The notes beneath the pieces are model-generated. The model had not been told where the DNA came from. It searched no databases and saw only the letters and a program-made list of their open reading frames with translations. A DNA stretch of 64,000 nucleotides from NCBI GenBank assembly GCA_963664705.1, contig OY761556.1, positions 2,080,001 to 2,144,000 on the forward strand. The letters run 5' to 3'. How positions within the stretch are numbered: position 1 is the first letter of the stretch; each line of letters opens with the position of its first letter. The position numbers were made by a program, and so were the translations under genes. The stretch is from Acidobacteriota bacterium (GTDB taxonomy: Bacteria; Acidobacteriota; UBA6911). Below, one piece after another: positions 21,383-31,905 of this stretch.

Positions 21383-24008
21383 CAGCAATCAAATTCGTGA
21401 AACCTTTCTTAAATACTTCGAACAGAATGGTCACAAAATCGTATCCAGCTCCTCGCTGATTCCATTCAATGACCCCACACTCCTGTTCACCAATGCGGGC
21501 ATGAATCAATTCAAGGATATCTTCCTTGGAAATGAAACCAGGCCCTATAAAAGGTCGACTACAAGCCAGAAATGCATGCGGGTGAGCGGCAAGCACAACG
21601 ACTTTAAGGATGTCGGCCACTCCTTCCGTCACCACACATTCTTTGAAATGCTCGGCAATTTTTCCTTCGGCGACTATTTCAAGAAGGATGCGGTCCATTT
21701 TGCATGGGAACTGCTAACCCGGAAAGTCGGTCTCGATCCCCGCAGGCTTTGGGTCACCGTTTATCGCGATGACGACGAAGCCTGGGAAATCTGGCACAAG
21801 CAGGAAAACATACCCGAAAACAAAATCATGCGCCTCGGAGAGGCCGACAATTTCTGGGCCATGGGAGATACCGGCCCCTGCGGACCCTGTTCCGAATTGC
21901 ATTACGATTTCGGCAAGAGCCCGCTGCCCGACCATGGGGAATGCGATCTGACCTGCTCCTGCGGCCGCTGGGTAGAGGTCTGGAATCTTGTATTTATGCA
22001 ATACAACCGCGATGCCGGCGGGAACATGAACCCGCTCCCTTCCCCCTCTATTGATACAGGCATGGGCTTTGAGCGCATCACTACGGTACTGCAGGAAAAG
22101 ACCTCAAACTACGACACCGACCTCTTCCAGCCCCTGCTGAATGAAATCGGGCAGATTGCAAACACCGAGTACGGCGCCAATCCGAACGATGATGTCTCGA
22201 TGAGAATTATCGCCGATCATGCCCGAGCCGCCACTTTTGTGATCGGCGATGGGCAGTATCCCGGCAATGACAAACGCGGCTACGTATTGCGCAAGATCAT
22301 GCGTCGGGCCATGGTGCACGGCAAAAGACTTGGGATTGAGGATCCATTCATTTACAAAGTCGCGGGAACAGTGATCGAGCACATGAAAGGCGCCTATCCC
22401 GAGCTCATTCAATCTCGTGAAACCATTGCCCGCGTGATTCGCCGCGAAGAAGACTCCTTCGCCGGAACCCTGGGAGAGGGGTTGAAGGATTTTAACGATC
22501 GCGCCAAAAAACTGAAAGCCACCGGATCCCGAACGCTTCCGGGAGAAGATGCCTTCTTCCTTTATGACACGCGCGGACTACCGCTGGAAATCATTGAGGA
22601 TCTGGCACAGGAAAACGGGCTTGTAGTTGATGAAGCAGCCTTTACCAAGGCGTTTGAAACACAGCGGGAGCGCTCCAGACAGGACTATCAGTCCGGAAAG
22701 ATACGTCCAGAAGTTGCCCAGGCTCTATTTGAAGGCAAAACCACCTTTGCCGGGTATGGCCTCGAGGGGCCATTGCCCGCATCGATCCTGGCCATTATTG
22801 TCGACGGAGAAAGAGCGGAAATCATCGAGGCGGGACAATCCGGCGAAGTGGTTCTGGATGCCACGCCTTTTTATGCCGAATCCGGCGGCCAGGTTGGAGA
22901 CACCGGGCTTATCACCAAGGATCAAAGCCGTGCGCGTGTAGTGAACACCAACTATCGCGGCACCACCATTACGCATCAGGTCCAGATTGAAGCAGGATCC
23001 CTGCAGGTAGGCGATGCGATCGAGGCCTCCGTTGACCTGGAAAAGCGCCGGCTAACCATGAAAAACCATACCGCAACGCATCTGCTGCAGGCTGCCTTGC
23101 AAAGAGTTCTGGGCTCCCAGGTGAAGCAGGCCGGGTCCATGGTCTCTCCGGATCGACTTCGATTCGACTTCACTCACTACGCTCCTTTGACACCGGCGGA
23201 AATACAGAAGATCGAGGACTTGGTCAATGAACAGATCTGGCGCAATGCCGCGGTTGAGACAACCGTAATGGATTTGGACGCCGCTATGAAATCGGGCGCA
23301 ATGGCACTTTTTGGAGAAAAATACCAGGAATCCGTACGTGTTGTTGAGATCCCCGGATTCAGCAAAGAACTGTGCGGAGGCACCCATGTCCCCGCCACCG
23401 GAACCATTGGGCTTTTCAAGATCGTCAGCGAAGGGGGGATTTCCGCCGGAATCAGGCGAATCGAAGCCGTTACCGGTCCTGGTTCGCTCGCCCGCTTCCG
23501 CGCCGGCGAAAGCCTCCTGGACATCGTTCAAATGGATAACAAAATTGCCCGACAGGATATCCCGGCCTTCATCGAAAGATTGCAGACACAGGTTAGGGAT
23601 TTGCAAAAGCAGATTCTTGATCTGAAAGCGCAGTCGGCGCGATCCAACATCGGCTCCATGCTGGCCCAGACCAAGGATGTCAAGGGCGTCAAGGTGCTGG
23701 CCCAGGTGCTTTCCGGCGCCGATCGCACCAGCCTCCGCAATCTGGCGGATGAGCTCAAACAGAAACTCGGATCCGGAATTGTCGTATTGGGAACACCCCA
23801 GGATGGCAAGCCGGCCCTGGTCGTTATGGTTACCAACGATATTGCAAAAAAAGTACCCGCCGGCCAGATCATCAAGCAAATTGCTCCACTTGTAGGAGGA
23901 GCCGGCGGCGGCAAGCCGGAACTTGCAGAAGCCGGTGGCAAAGATGCATCCAAGCTTGCCGAAGCTATCGAACATAGTTATTCTGTAGTCGAGAACTTGT
24001 TGAAATAG
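21375..24008 (+). CDS. alaS: Alanine--tRNA ligase
   Basis: DPTLLFTNAGMNQFK, HHTFFEMLGNFSFGDYFK, NHTATHLL, ELCGGTHV, GGGKP. Confidence 0.98.
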   Translation: MNSSNQIRETFLKYFEQNGHKIVSSSSLIPFNDPTLLFTNAGMNQFKDIFLGNETRPYKRSTTSQKCMRVSGKHNDFKDVGHSFRHHTFFEMLGNFSFGDYFKKDAVHFAWELLTRKVGLDPRRLWVTVYRDDDEAWEIWHKQENIPENKIMRLGEADNFWAMGDTGPCGPCSELHYDFGKSPLPDHGECDLTCSCGRWVEVWNLVFMQYNRDAGGNMNPLPSPSIDTGMGFERITTVLQEKTSNYDTDLFQPLLNEIGQIANTEYGANPNDDVSMRIIADHARAATFVIGDGQYPGNDKRGYVLRKIMRRAMVHGKRLGIEDPFIYKVAGTVIEHMKGAYPELIQSRETIARVIRREEDSFAGTLGEGLKDFNDRAKKLKATGSRTLPGEDAFFLYDTRGLPLEIIEDLAQENGLVVDEAAFTKAFETQRERSRQDYQSGKIRPEVAQALFEGKTTFAGYGLEGPLPASILAIIVDGERAEIIEAGQSGEVVLDATPFYAESGGQVGDTGLITKDQSRARVVNTNYRGTTITHQVQIEAGSLQVGDAIEASVDLEKRRLTMKNHTATHLLQAALQRVLGSQVKQAGSMVSPDRLRFDFTHYAPLTPAEIQKIEDLVNEQIWRNAAVETTVMDLDAAMKSGAMALFGEKYQESVRVVEIPGFSKELCGGTHVPATGTIGLFKIVSEGGISAGIRRIEAVTGPGSLARFRAGESLLDIVQMDNKIARQDIPAFIERLQTQVRDLQKQILDLKAQSARSNIGSMLAQTKDVKGVKVLAQVLSGADRTSLRNLADELKQKLGSGIVVLGTPQDGKPALVVMVTNDIAKKVPAGQIIKQIAPLVGGAGGGKPELAEAGGKDASKLAEAIEHSYSVVENLLK

Positions 24009-24172
24009 AATAAATCACGGCAAATTGTGATTTTGCTAACAGAATAATTGTGACGGATGGCCGAAGATCTGTTTGGGTCTCCTGATTTCTGAAATTTGAT
24101 TTTTTGTTTAGACTTTTTTGCCTCCCCGGGTATCTGTTTAGTTTGTTTTCGGATCGGGAGACGCATTTTGAT

Positions 24173-24913
24173 ATGAAGAGACTGCTATTCTGGCTTTTTA
24201 CCGTTTTCACATTCCTGGTTTTTTCTGCCCTTTCCTATGGACAGGCGTTGTACACCTATACGGATGAAAACGGTGTTCAGAATATTACGAATATTCCGCC
24301 GGTTCGCCGCGTGGCCGATTTAACGATCAGCGGCGCACCCGAGCCGGTGGCAGTTCCAGCTCCCGCCTCTCCGGCCGAGCCAAAATCGAAGAATTTCGAT
24401 CCTATCATCGAAAAAGTCGCGGCTGAACATCAACTCGACCCCTCGCTTATTCGCTCGATCATAGCCCAGGAATCGGGCTTTAACGCGAAAGCCGTCTCAC
24501 CCAAGGGCGCCCGGGGATTGATGCAGTTAATGCCGGCAACTGCGGAACGACTCGGGGTAAAAAACAGCTTCGATCCTGAACAGAACATCCAGGGCGGAGT
24601 TAAGCATTTTCGCGGCCTGATGAACAATTTCAACAACAATCTGGAATTGAGCCTGGCGGCCTATAATGCAGGTGAAAATCTCGTACAGCGACTGGGACGA
24701 GTCCCTTCCATTCCAGAAACTAAAAACTACGTACAATCCATAACAACGCGATATGGCAAAAAGGCCCCTCTGGCGGCCAAAACGCCAGCTCCCCCGGAAC
24801 ACCCTCCCATCTTCCAGTTTGTCGATGACGGGGGAATCCAGAATTGGACCAACATCCCTCCTCAAAATGTGAATTACCTGCACAGGGACACTGGAATCCA
24901 AAGTCAGAATTGA
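24173..24913 (+). CDS. Lytic transglycosylase (SLT) with DUF4124-like terminal domains
   Basis: QESGFN, SPKGARGLMQLMP, LAAYNAG, ETKNYV; YTDENG and FVDDGG..WTNIPP segments at both ends. Confidence 0.9.
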   Translation: MKRLLFWLFTVFTFLVFSALSYGQALYTYTDENGVQNITNIPPVRRVADLTISGAPEPVAVPAPASPAEPKSKNFDPIIEKVAAEHQLDPSLIRSIIAQESGFNAKAVSPKGARGLMQLMPATAERLGVKNSFDPEQNIQGGVKHFRGLMNNFNNNLELSLAAYNAGENLVQRLGRVPSIPETKNYVQSITTRYGKKAPLAAKTPAPPEHPPIFQFVDDGGIQNWTNIPPQNVNYLHRDTGIQSQN

Positions 24914-25020
24914 TCTTCAGATTCTGTCATCCACAGCGCGGCTCTGTTCGCCCGACTGTCCCGCCGGAATTATCTCTCTGCAAGTACCTTAATTTTCAAT
25001 AAGTTCTAAACAATTAGCGC

Positions 25021-25049
25021 TTGACATAGCCCCGCCCCCCCATTATTAT
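25021..25049 (+). promoter_or_regulatory. sigma70-type promoter of the amidase operon (leaderless geometry)
   Basis: TTGACA-N17-TATTAT, then 7 nt to ATG 25057. Confidence 0.7.
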
Positions 25050-25056
25050 TCAGGCC

Positions 25057-27303
25057 ATGAAATTGACCCGGTGCGTCGCATGTCCTTCGCGCACAATATT
25101 CGGTCTTGTTGTCTCTTTGGCACTCCTATTCCCTGCATCTTTCATAGCCGCGCATCGGTGGGACTCCCAGGGGGCGGCGGCCGCGTTTAAACTTGCACGC
25201 GAAAAGCGGGCTGAAATCGCGGCAACAGCTAAGCCAACGCTGGATCAATACCTGGATTGTGCCAAAACCTACCGAAAAGTTCACGGCAAAGACCCTCACT
25301 ATGGCCGGACAGGGGATGCCATTTACGAAGAAGCACTCATCTATCAGGAAGCGGCCGAGAAATTTTCCAAGCCTGAATACTTTAAAACGGCCGCGGCAAG
25401 ATTCCGCCTGCTTGTGAAGGAATACGGGGGAACCGCCAGCTGTCGCGATGCGCTGGTCCGACTTGGATTCATCTACTCCAAGCGACTCGATGATCAGACT
25501 GCCGCCGACGAGGTTTATCGTTCACTGCAAAGCCAATACCGTTATTCTGCCGAAGCGATCAAAAGAATTCGGAATGAATCGCCTGTGCCCCCTGCGCGTC
25601 CCGAACCAGCCGCTGTGCAGGAAAAGCCCGAACTGCCGAAGGCTCAAGCCCCATCTGAAACGTCTCCCGGTTCCCTATCCACGGTTCAGAGCATCCGCTT
25701 CTGGTCGACAAACGACTATACGCGGGTGCTGATTGACATGGATTCCGACGCCCGGTACACCAAGGAACAACTGCATAATCCAGACAGGGTGTATTTTGAC
25801 ATTGCGAATTCCAAAATCAGCCGCGATTTGAACCGCGACATCCGGCTGACCGACGGTATCGTGAAGCAGATTCGCCTGGCAACCAATCGCGCCAATGTCG
25901 TTCGGATCGTGTTGGACACCACCGAAACGGGAGATTTCTCCGTATCCGAAATGCATGATCCCTTCCGGATAGTTGTCGATCTTCGAAAAAAGGGATCGCC
26001 GGCCCCCGCCGCAGCGGAGCCGAATCCATCCAGCGCTGTGAGGCCTCCGGAAATCACGACTTCAAAACCGGGTCCGCCGCCACAAGCCGTCACGGAGTTG
26101 AAGCCGGCTGCGCCAAAAAGCAGTTTTCCCGCTAAGTCAAATGAAGTGCCGAATGGCGGCAAAGATAAGCCCGCGGCTCCACCGATCGTGGAATCCCCGG
26201 CAATGGTTGCAGAGTCAAAGTCGCTAAAACCGCCGTCTGTAACCGATATACCGCCGCCCATAACAACTCCGGCCAAACCGGCAAGAGTTGCGACATCGGC
26301 GGAGGGAGATACCGCAGCCGCCACCCGGCAGGGCGATAAGCTGCCACCATCCAATCAGGCACCGCCCGCCCGGATGGCTCCATCGGCCCCGCTCAAAGCT
26401 GAACCTGCGCACGCCGGTGCCTCAGAACCTGGGCCGGTCGATTCCAGGACTTCAACTGCAAGATTGGATCCTGACGTCAAGAGCAGCAAGCCCAAAACCC
26501 CGCTTGTACCCAAGCAGGATTCCTTGCCGCTCCCCAAGCAGTCGGAACCGACTAGCAAGGGGGATCGAACGCTGACACGCATGCTTGGTCTTAAGGTAGG
26601 ACGCATTGTTATCGACCCCGGGCATGGCGGCCATGATCAAGGCAGCATTGGGCCCGGAGGGTTGCTGGAAAAGGACTTGGTTTTGTCCATCGCTCAATCC
26701 CTTGGAAAGATGCTGGAAGAAAAGCTGGGAGCGGAGGTTGTCTTAACCAGGCAAGATGATACGTTTGTTCCTCTGGAAGAGCGCACCGCAATTGCCAACC
26801 AGCACAAAGCCGATCTCTTTGTCTCGATACATGCCAATTCCAGCAGGATTCGATCCATAAGCGGAGTTGAAACGTATTACCTGGATTTTGCCAAAACCGA
26901 TTCAGAACGGGAAATTGCGGCTCGCGAAAATGCCACCTCCGCCAACAATGTCCGCGATCTCGAAGATCTTATCAAAAAGATCGCGCAGGCCGATAAATCC
27001 TCTGAATCCAGGGAACTGGCATCGATATTGCAAAAAAAGCTCTTCTCCGGCGTCCGGCAGGTGATCCCTTTGAGCAACAACCGCGGCGTCCGCAGCGCTC
27101 CCTTTATCGTACTGATCGGAGCCAATATGCCGTCGGTACTTGCAGAAGTGTCCTTTATCAGTAATCCTAAAGATGAAAAACTTTTGAAAAAGGATGCTTT
27201 CCGGCAGACTCTGGTCAGAGCTCTCTTTTCGGGCATCGACGGCTATATGAAAACGCTCGGAAGTGATGTGGTTCATAATCAGGCAGCCAGTCAAGGCAAA
27301 TGA
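25057..27303 (+). CDS. N-acetylmuramoyl-L-alanine amidase (TPR-like + AMIN + Pro-rich linker + Amidase_3)
   Basis: TRVLID / PDRVYFD AMIN features; IVIDPGHGGHD, LEKD, FVSIHANS, VLAEVSFISN. Confidence 0.92.
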   Translation: MKLTRCVACPSRTIFGLVVSLALLFPASFIAAHRWDSQGAAAAFKLAREKRAEIAATAKPTLDQYLDCAKTYRKVHGKDPHYGRTGDAIYEEALIYQEAAEKFSKPEYFKTAAARFRLLVKEYGGTASCRDALVRLGFIYSKRLDDQTAADEVYRSLQSQYRYSAEAIKRIRNESPVPPARPEPAAVQEKPELPKAQAPSETSPGSLSTVQSIRFWSTNDYTRVLIDMDSDARYTKEQLHNPDRVYFDIANSKISRDLNRDIRLTDGIVKQIRLATNRANVVRIVLDTTETGDFSVSEMHDPFRIVVDLRKKGSPAPAAAEPNPSSAVRPPEITTSKPGPPPQAVTELKPAAPKSSFPAKSNEVPNGGKDKPAAPPIVESPAMVAESKSLKPPSVTDIPPPITTPAKPARVATSAEGDTAAATRQGDKLPPSNQAPPARMAPSAPLKAEPAHAGASEPGPVDSRTSTARLDPDVKSSKPKTPLVPKQDSLPLPKQSEPTSKGDRTLTRMLGLKVGRIVIDPGHGGHDQGSIGPGGLLEKDLVLSIAQSLGKMLEEKLGAEVVLTRQDDTFVPLEERTAIANQHKADLFVSIHANSSRIRSISGVETYYLDFAKTDSEREIAARENATSANNVRDLEDLIKKIAQADKSSESRELASILQKKLFSGVRQVIPLSNNRGVRSAPFIVLIGANMPSVLAEVSFISNPKDEKLLKKDAFRQTLVRALFSGIDGYMKTLGSDVVHNQAASQGK

Positions 27304-28394
27304 AATATATCGCGATTCTTCTCTTCATATTTGTCATCGCCGTGTCTACCGCCACGGCCCAGATAGAGCTTTTGTCCGGCAGCTATTTTCCTGCGGAGTT
27401 TGAATTCAGTGAGCTTGCCAAAATCACAGCGCAGGAAAACATCGAAGATTCAGCCCGCCTCACCAAAGTTGAAGACAAAGAGCTCATTACGGACGTTGGC
27501 TTTGTCAAATACGCCCGGCGTGCCTATACCACGCCAGACAAGGGTACGCTTTCCATCGAGATATTTACCTTGCTGGACAAGCGGGCAGCCTATTCGCTGC
27601 AGACGCTCCTGCGAACAGGCGATTTGCAGGATGGGCCTCCCGGCGATATCTTCACAACCACTCCCAATGGGCTGCTGTTTTCCCACGGTAGGTTTTGGGT
27701 CCGAATCAAGGGGGCTGGCGTCCCTGCCGACCTGATCAAACGCGTTGCGGTCTCGATCAGCAATCGCATGGGAACAGCCCGCTCCAAACCTCCATCTCTT
27801 ATCTCTCATCTCCCAAAGAGCGGCTTTGATCGCACCAGCCTTCGCTATTACCCGGGAGTAACTGCCTTCCGCGCCTATTCGGGAAAGGTTGGAGGTACAC
27901 CGCTCAAGATTGAGCTGGACGCTGAAATTGCCCAGGCGCGCTACACGCTGAATGGCCGAACTGGAACCCTTTCGCTGATCAGCTTTCCTACAAAGGAAAT
28001 TGCTGAAGACTTTTTTGCGGAGCTTTCGGCCCAACCGGCCGAAAAGAAAGGGGGAGAGAAATCTTTTGCCAAGAAGGCCGGTCCTATCGTTGGAATTCTC
28101 GTGGGACCATTTGACCCGGCCAGCGCAAACAGGATTCTAGGCACGATTCAATACAGCTATTCAGTCAAATGGGTGCATGAAAAGGGCCAGAACCAGAAAA
28201 CGACCTGGGGAGTTCCGGTCGGCATTTTGTCGACAGTCGTAAAATCGCTGTTTTTTGTTGTTTTATTATTCGCAGCCTCGATATTGGTAGGAATTGGGTT
28301 TGCAATCTTTCGAGTGTTCCTGAAAAAACGGGCGCCCAGGCATTCGCCCGACGGCCAGGATCCCGACGAAATGACACGGTTGAAAATGCAATGA
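27300..28394 (+). CDS. Secreted, C-terminally membrane-anchored protein (DUF6599-like)
   Basis: Signal peptide, C-terminal TM helix, ATGA coupling to the amidase gene. Confidence 0.7.
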   Translation: MKYIAILLFIFVIAVSTATAQIELLSGSYFPAEFEFSELAKITAQENIEDSARLTKVEDKELITDVGFVKYARRAYTTPDKGTLSIEIFTLLDKRAAYSLQTLLRTGDLQDGPPGDIFTTTPNGLLFSHGRFWVRIKGAGVPADLIKRVAVSISNRMGTARSKPPSLISHLPKSGFDRTSLRYYPGVTAFRAYSGKVGGTPLKIELDAEIAQARYTLNGRTGTLSLISFPTKEIAEDFFAELSAQPAEKKGGEKSFAKKAGPIVGILVGPFDPASANRILGTIQYSYSVKWVHEKGQNQKTTWGVPVGILSTVVKSLFFVVLLFAASILVGIGFAIFRVFLKKRAPRHSPDGQDPDEMTRLKMQ

Positions 28395-29071
28395 AAGTTG
28401 ACCTGATTCGAACCGTTCCACTGTTTTCCACACTGAGCGACGACGAGTTTAATCAGCTGTCGCACATCTTCGTCGCCCGCGCATACCGCAAAAACCAGGT
28501 TATTTTCCTTGAAGAAGAAACCGGCAATTACATGTACCTGGTTCTGTCCGGAAAAGTAAAGGTTGCCAAGGCAGGAGCCGGCGGCAAAGAAACCATTCTG
28601 GCCATTCATCGAACGGGAGACTTCTTTGGAGAGATGTCCCTGCTTGATGGAAAAACCGCACCGGCGACCGTGTCCGCAATGGAGGATTCAAGAATCATCT
28701 CCGTCAGTGGAACCGACTTTCACAAATATCTGCTGCACAATGAGAAAGTAATGCTGCAAATCATCCAGGTTCTCTGCGGCAGACTCCGGCAGGTTTGGCA
28801 GACGCAGAGCCTCAACTCGAGCACAGCCGATGCAAGAATCCGCAGAGGCGTATACGACCTGGCCAAACGTCATGGCATCCGTGATGCCCATGGCACCATC
28901 ATCGATCTCAAGATAACCCATCAGGAATTGGCGGAAATGGTGGGTACATCCCGCGAAACGGTGACGCGCGTACTCACGCGTCTTCGTGAACAGGGCGTCA
29001 TCGAAATCGACCAGCGTCGCATTACCCTACTGGACGCCAAGGCCCTCCTTGCGGATGATGAGGATCAGTAG
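28391..29071 (+). CDS. Crp/Fnr-family transcriptional regulator
   Basis: cNMP domain (GDFFGEMSLL) plus HTH THQELAEMVGTSRETVTR. Confidence 0.93.
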   Translation: MKVDLIRTVPLFSTLSDDEFNQLSHIFVARAYRKNQVIFLEEETGNYMYLVLSGKVKVAKAGAGGKETILAIHRTGDFFGEMSLLDGKTAPATVSAMEDSRIISVSGTDFHKYLLHNEKVMLQIIQVLCGRLRQVWQTQSLNSSTADARIRRGVYDLAKRHGIRDAHGTIIDLKITHQELAEMVGTSRETVTRVLTRLREQGVIEIDQRRITLLDAKALLADDEDQ

Positions 29072-29129
29072 CACGGATCTCACTGGAAGCGCCGCCATCC
29101 CGGATGCATTTCCAGCGGACCCCACGCTC

Positions 29130-30872
29130 CTAATCGGACTCAGGACTCAGCCTCGCTTCACGCCATTTCCGAACCGAGTTGATCAGGTATATCCTTGAAC
29201 AGCGTTTCAGATCCTCCAGGGAAACAACCCGTTCATGGATGATTCCCTGTTCCAGCAGGGATGCGCGGAAGGTTCCCGCCAGCAATCCGGAGTTTACCGG
29301 TGGCGTAAGCAGCTCTCCATCAATCTCCACCACCACATTTGCAATGGTGCTTTCGGTAATTTCGCGCCGCTCATTCCACAGCAGCACATCGTCACACGCC
29401 GGACACGATCTCAAGGCTTTCTCATAGGAACTTCGATGCGTTGTCTTGTGGTATAGAAAAATATCCAATGTATCCATGGGTTCGGCTGCAATCCGAATTT
29501 GGACAGGTTTCTCCTGAGCCGCAGCCAACTCCGCCGACTCGATACGAATATCTCCATTCGCACCGAGAAGGCAACGAATACGCTGCGGACTCCTGCTAAA
29601 CTCGCCGGTAAGAATCTCGAGCTTTTGTCGAATTTCCGCCGGCCGGATGGAATAGCCAAAATAGTCGGCAGATTCAACCAACCGCTTCATATGATAATCG
29701 AGGAGGAAATACCCTTCTTCCGGAGTCCACAGGATGGTTTCAAGCAGCGCAAACTCCGGGCGCTGTTCGGTTAGAACCCGCGCCTTAAGCAGCGCCTCCT
29801 TGAATTCATCATCAGCCACGGAATCCCACACAATGCCGCCGCCCGCCCCGTATTCAGCCTTGCCCGTGCCCTTATCCACGACAGCAGTTCGAATTGCCAC
29901 GCTAAACTGAGCGAAATTCTCAGGGGAGATAAATCCAATGCAACCGGTGTAGACGCCCCTCGGAGTCGGTTCGAGCTCCGCAATGATCTCCGTAGTCCGT
30001 ACCTTTGGGGCTCCGGTAATAGAGGCGCAGGGGAACAACGATTGAAATAATTCTCTTACCGACTTTCGGCATTCAGCCGTTACGGTGGAGGTCATCTGCC
30101 ACAGTGTGTGGTGTCGTTCGACTTCAAACAGCTGCGGAACGCTGACGCTTCCAGTCTCGGCCACGCGCCCAAGGTCATTGCGAATCATGTCGACAATCAT
30201 CAGGTTTTCGGCGCGGTTTTTCTCTGATTGATGCAGCCATTCCGCAAGTTCAATATCTTCAGCCTGCGTTCGGCCCCGCCTCACCGTGCCCTTCATCGGC
30301 TTGCACGTGAGGGCGCCCTTTTCCAGGCGAAAGAACAGTTCCGGCGATGCCGAACAAATAGCATATCGCCCGGTATCGACCCAGCCTGCGTATCCGGGTG
30401 ATTGAGCTCGTACCATAGCCAGAAACAGATGCCATGCATCGCCGGTAAACGGCATTTCCATTCGGATTGTGTAGTTGACCTGATAGGTATCGCCAGCCTG
30501 AATATAGTCCTTAATGTACTGGATGGCTTGTCGGTACTCGGACAGGCCGACGGAGGGGATTGGGGCGCCCAATTCATAGGCGCTATAGTCCGGTTCAGGG
30601 AGGTCAATTTCCTCCGGATCCGAATAAAGCCCAAACCACAGAAGGGGCAACCCCCCCGGCTTGTGCGTTACAATCGCGGAGTCAAAGGCGCTCGAAGCTT
30701 CGTATGTCAGGAAACCGGCTGCATACCAGCGATTTTTGTTTACCCACGTTTCGATTTGATCCAAAGCAGGCAATACATCGCGAAGGGCATTTACCGCCAC
30801 GACCTGATGTGGATTTCTGAAACGAAGCCACCGACCTGCCGTTGCATCGTGGAGAACGATCTGATCACTCAC
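29130..30872 (-). CDS. pabB: Aminodeoxychorismate synthase component I fused to a class IV aminotransferase-like (PabC-like) domain
   Basis: GDTYQVN, SPELFF, KPMKGT, AENLMIVDMIRNDLG, SITGAPK; C-terminal HKTT, GLLAGT, INSVR. Confidence 0.9.
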   Translation of the reverse strand: MSDQIVLHDATAGRWLRFRNPHQVVAVNALRDVLPALDQIETWVNKNRWYAAGFLTYEASSAFDSAIVTHKPGGLPLLWFGLYSDPEEIDLPEPDYSAYELGAPIPSVGLSEYRQAIQYIKDYIQAGDTYQVNYTIRMEMPFTGDAWHLFLAMVRAQSPGYAGWVDTGRYAICSASPELFFRLEKGALTCKPMKGTVRRGRTQAEDIELAEWLHQSEKNRAENLMIVDMIRNDLGRVAETGSVSVPQLFEVERHHTLWQMTSTVTAECRKSVRELFQSLFPCASITGAPKVRTTEIIAELEPTPRGVYTGCIGFISPENFAQFSVAIRTAVVDKGTGKAEYGAGGGIVWDSVADDEFKEALLKARVLTEQRPEFALLETILWTPEEGYFLLDYHMKRLVESADYFGYSIRPAEIRQKLEILTGEFSRSPQRIRCLLGANGDIRIESAELAAAQEKPVQIRIAAEPMDTLDIFLYHKTTHRSSYEKALRSCPACDDVLLWNERREITESTIANVVVEIDGELLTPPVNSGLLAGTFRASLLEQGIIHERVVSLEDLKRCSRIYLINSVRKWREARLSPESD

Positions 30873-30920
30873 CGTTTCCCCCTCCGATTCCCGCCATTTG
30901 CCCGGAATCACCGACTCTTT

Positions 30921-31877
30921 CTACACAAACAAAGAATCAACGAAAGATTCAGGGGAAAATTCCAGCAGATCTTCCAGCGATTCTCCGACTCCGATGAATC
31001 TTACCGGAATACCGAGTTCCTGGCAGATGCCGAACAGAATGCCGCCTTTGGCCGTTCCATCGAGCTTTGTCACGATCAGGCCTGTTATCCCGGTAGCCTT
31101 CATAAACTCCTGCGCCTGGGACAAACCGTTCTGTCCGGTTGTCGCATCGACGACCAGGAGCACCTCATGCGGGGCGCCAGGCAGCTTTCGACTGGCCACA
31201 CGCCGCATCTTATCCAGTTCCTGCATAAGATTGCTTTTTGTATGCAGCCGTCCTGCGGTGTCGATAATGACCAAATCCATTCCCCTCGCGGAGGCAGCCG
31301 ATAGAGCGTCGTGCAATACCGCCGATGGATCCATTCCAGTTTTGCTTTTTACCAGCTGAGCCCCCGAGCGCTCCGCCCAAACCGCAAGCTGTTCGATAGC
31401 CGCGGGCCTGAAAGTATCGGCCGCACAGACCAGGACTTTCTTTCCGTCGCCGGCAATTCGTGCTGCCAGCTTCCCAACGGTTGTCGTCTTTCCCGTTCCA
31501 TTGACGCCCACAACCATCCAAACCTGCAAAGCTCCCTCCGCGCTGCCGGATTCCCCGCGCGGATTCGCCTTCAGGATTTCGAGCAATTGCCGCCGGATCT
31601 CCGCCTTGGCGTCCTCAGGCGTACGAACCATTCCCTTCTTATGCTGTTGGCGGATTGCGTCCATCACTCTTTCGGTTACCCGAACACCCAAATCGGCACC
31701 CAGTAATGTGCCCTCGAGCTCGTCCAGCACGCCCTCGTCAATGGCGGGGCGGGATGAAAGAACCGCCTCGATCTTGCTGACAAGGTTTTCCTTGGTAGCA
31801 CCAAGGGCCTTCTTCATCCTTTCGAAAATGCCGGCTTTCTTTTCGGGATTTTCTTTGGAGGATCGGTTAAACAGCAT
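30921..31877 (-). CDS. ftsY: Signal recognition particle receptor
   Basis: GVNGTGKTTT, DTFRPAA, DTAGRL, TKLDGTAKGG. Confidence 0.96.
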   Translation of the reverse strand: MLFNRSSKENPEKKAGIFERMKKALGATKENLVSKIEAVLSSRPAIDEGVLDELEGTLLGADLGVRVTERVMDAIRQQHKKGMVRTPEDAKAEIRRQLLEILKANPRGESGSAEGALQVWMVVGVNGTGKTTTVGKLAARIAGDGKKVLVCAADTFRPAAIEQLAVWAERSGAQLVKSKTGMDPSAVLHDALSAASARGMDLVIIDTAGRLHTKSNLMQELDKMRRVASRKLPGAPHEVLLVVDATTGQNGLSQAQEFMKATGITGLIVTKLDGTAKGGILFGICQELGIPVRFIGVGESLEDLLEFSPESFVDSLFV

Positions 31878-31905
31878 TTCCTCTCCTTATAACAAAACCT
31901 GAATC

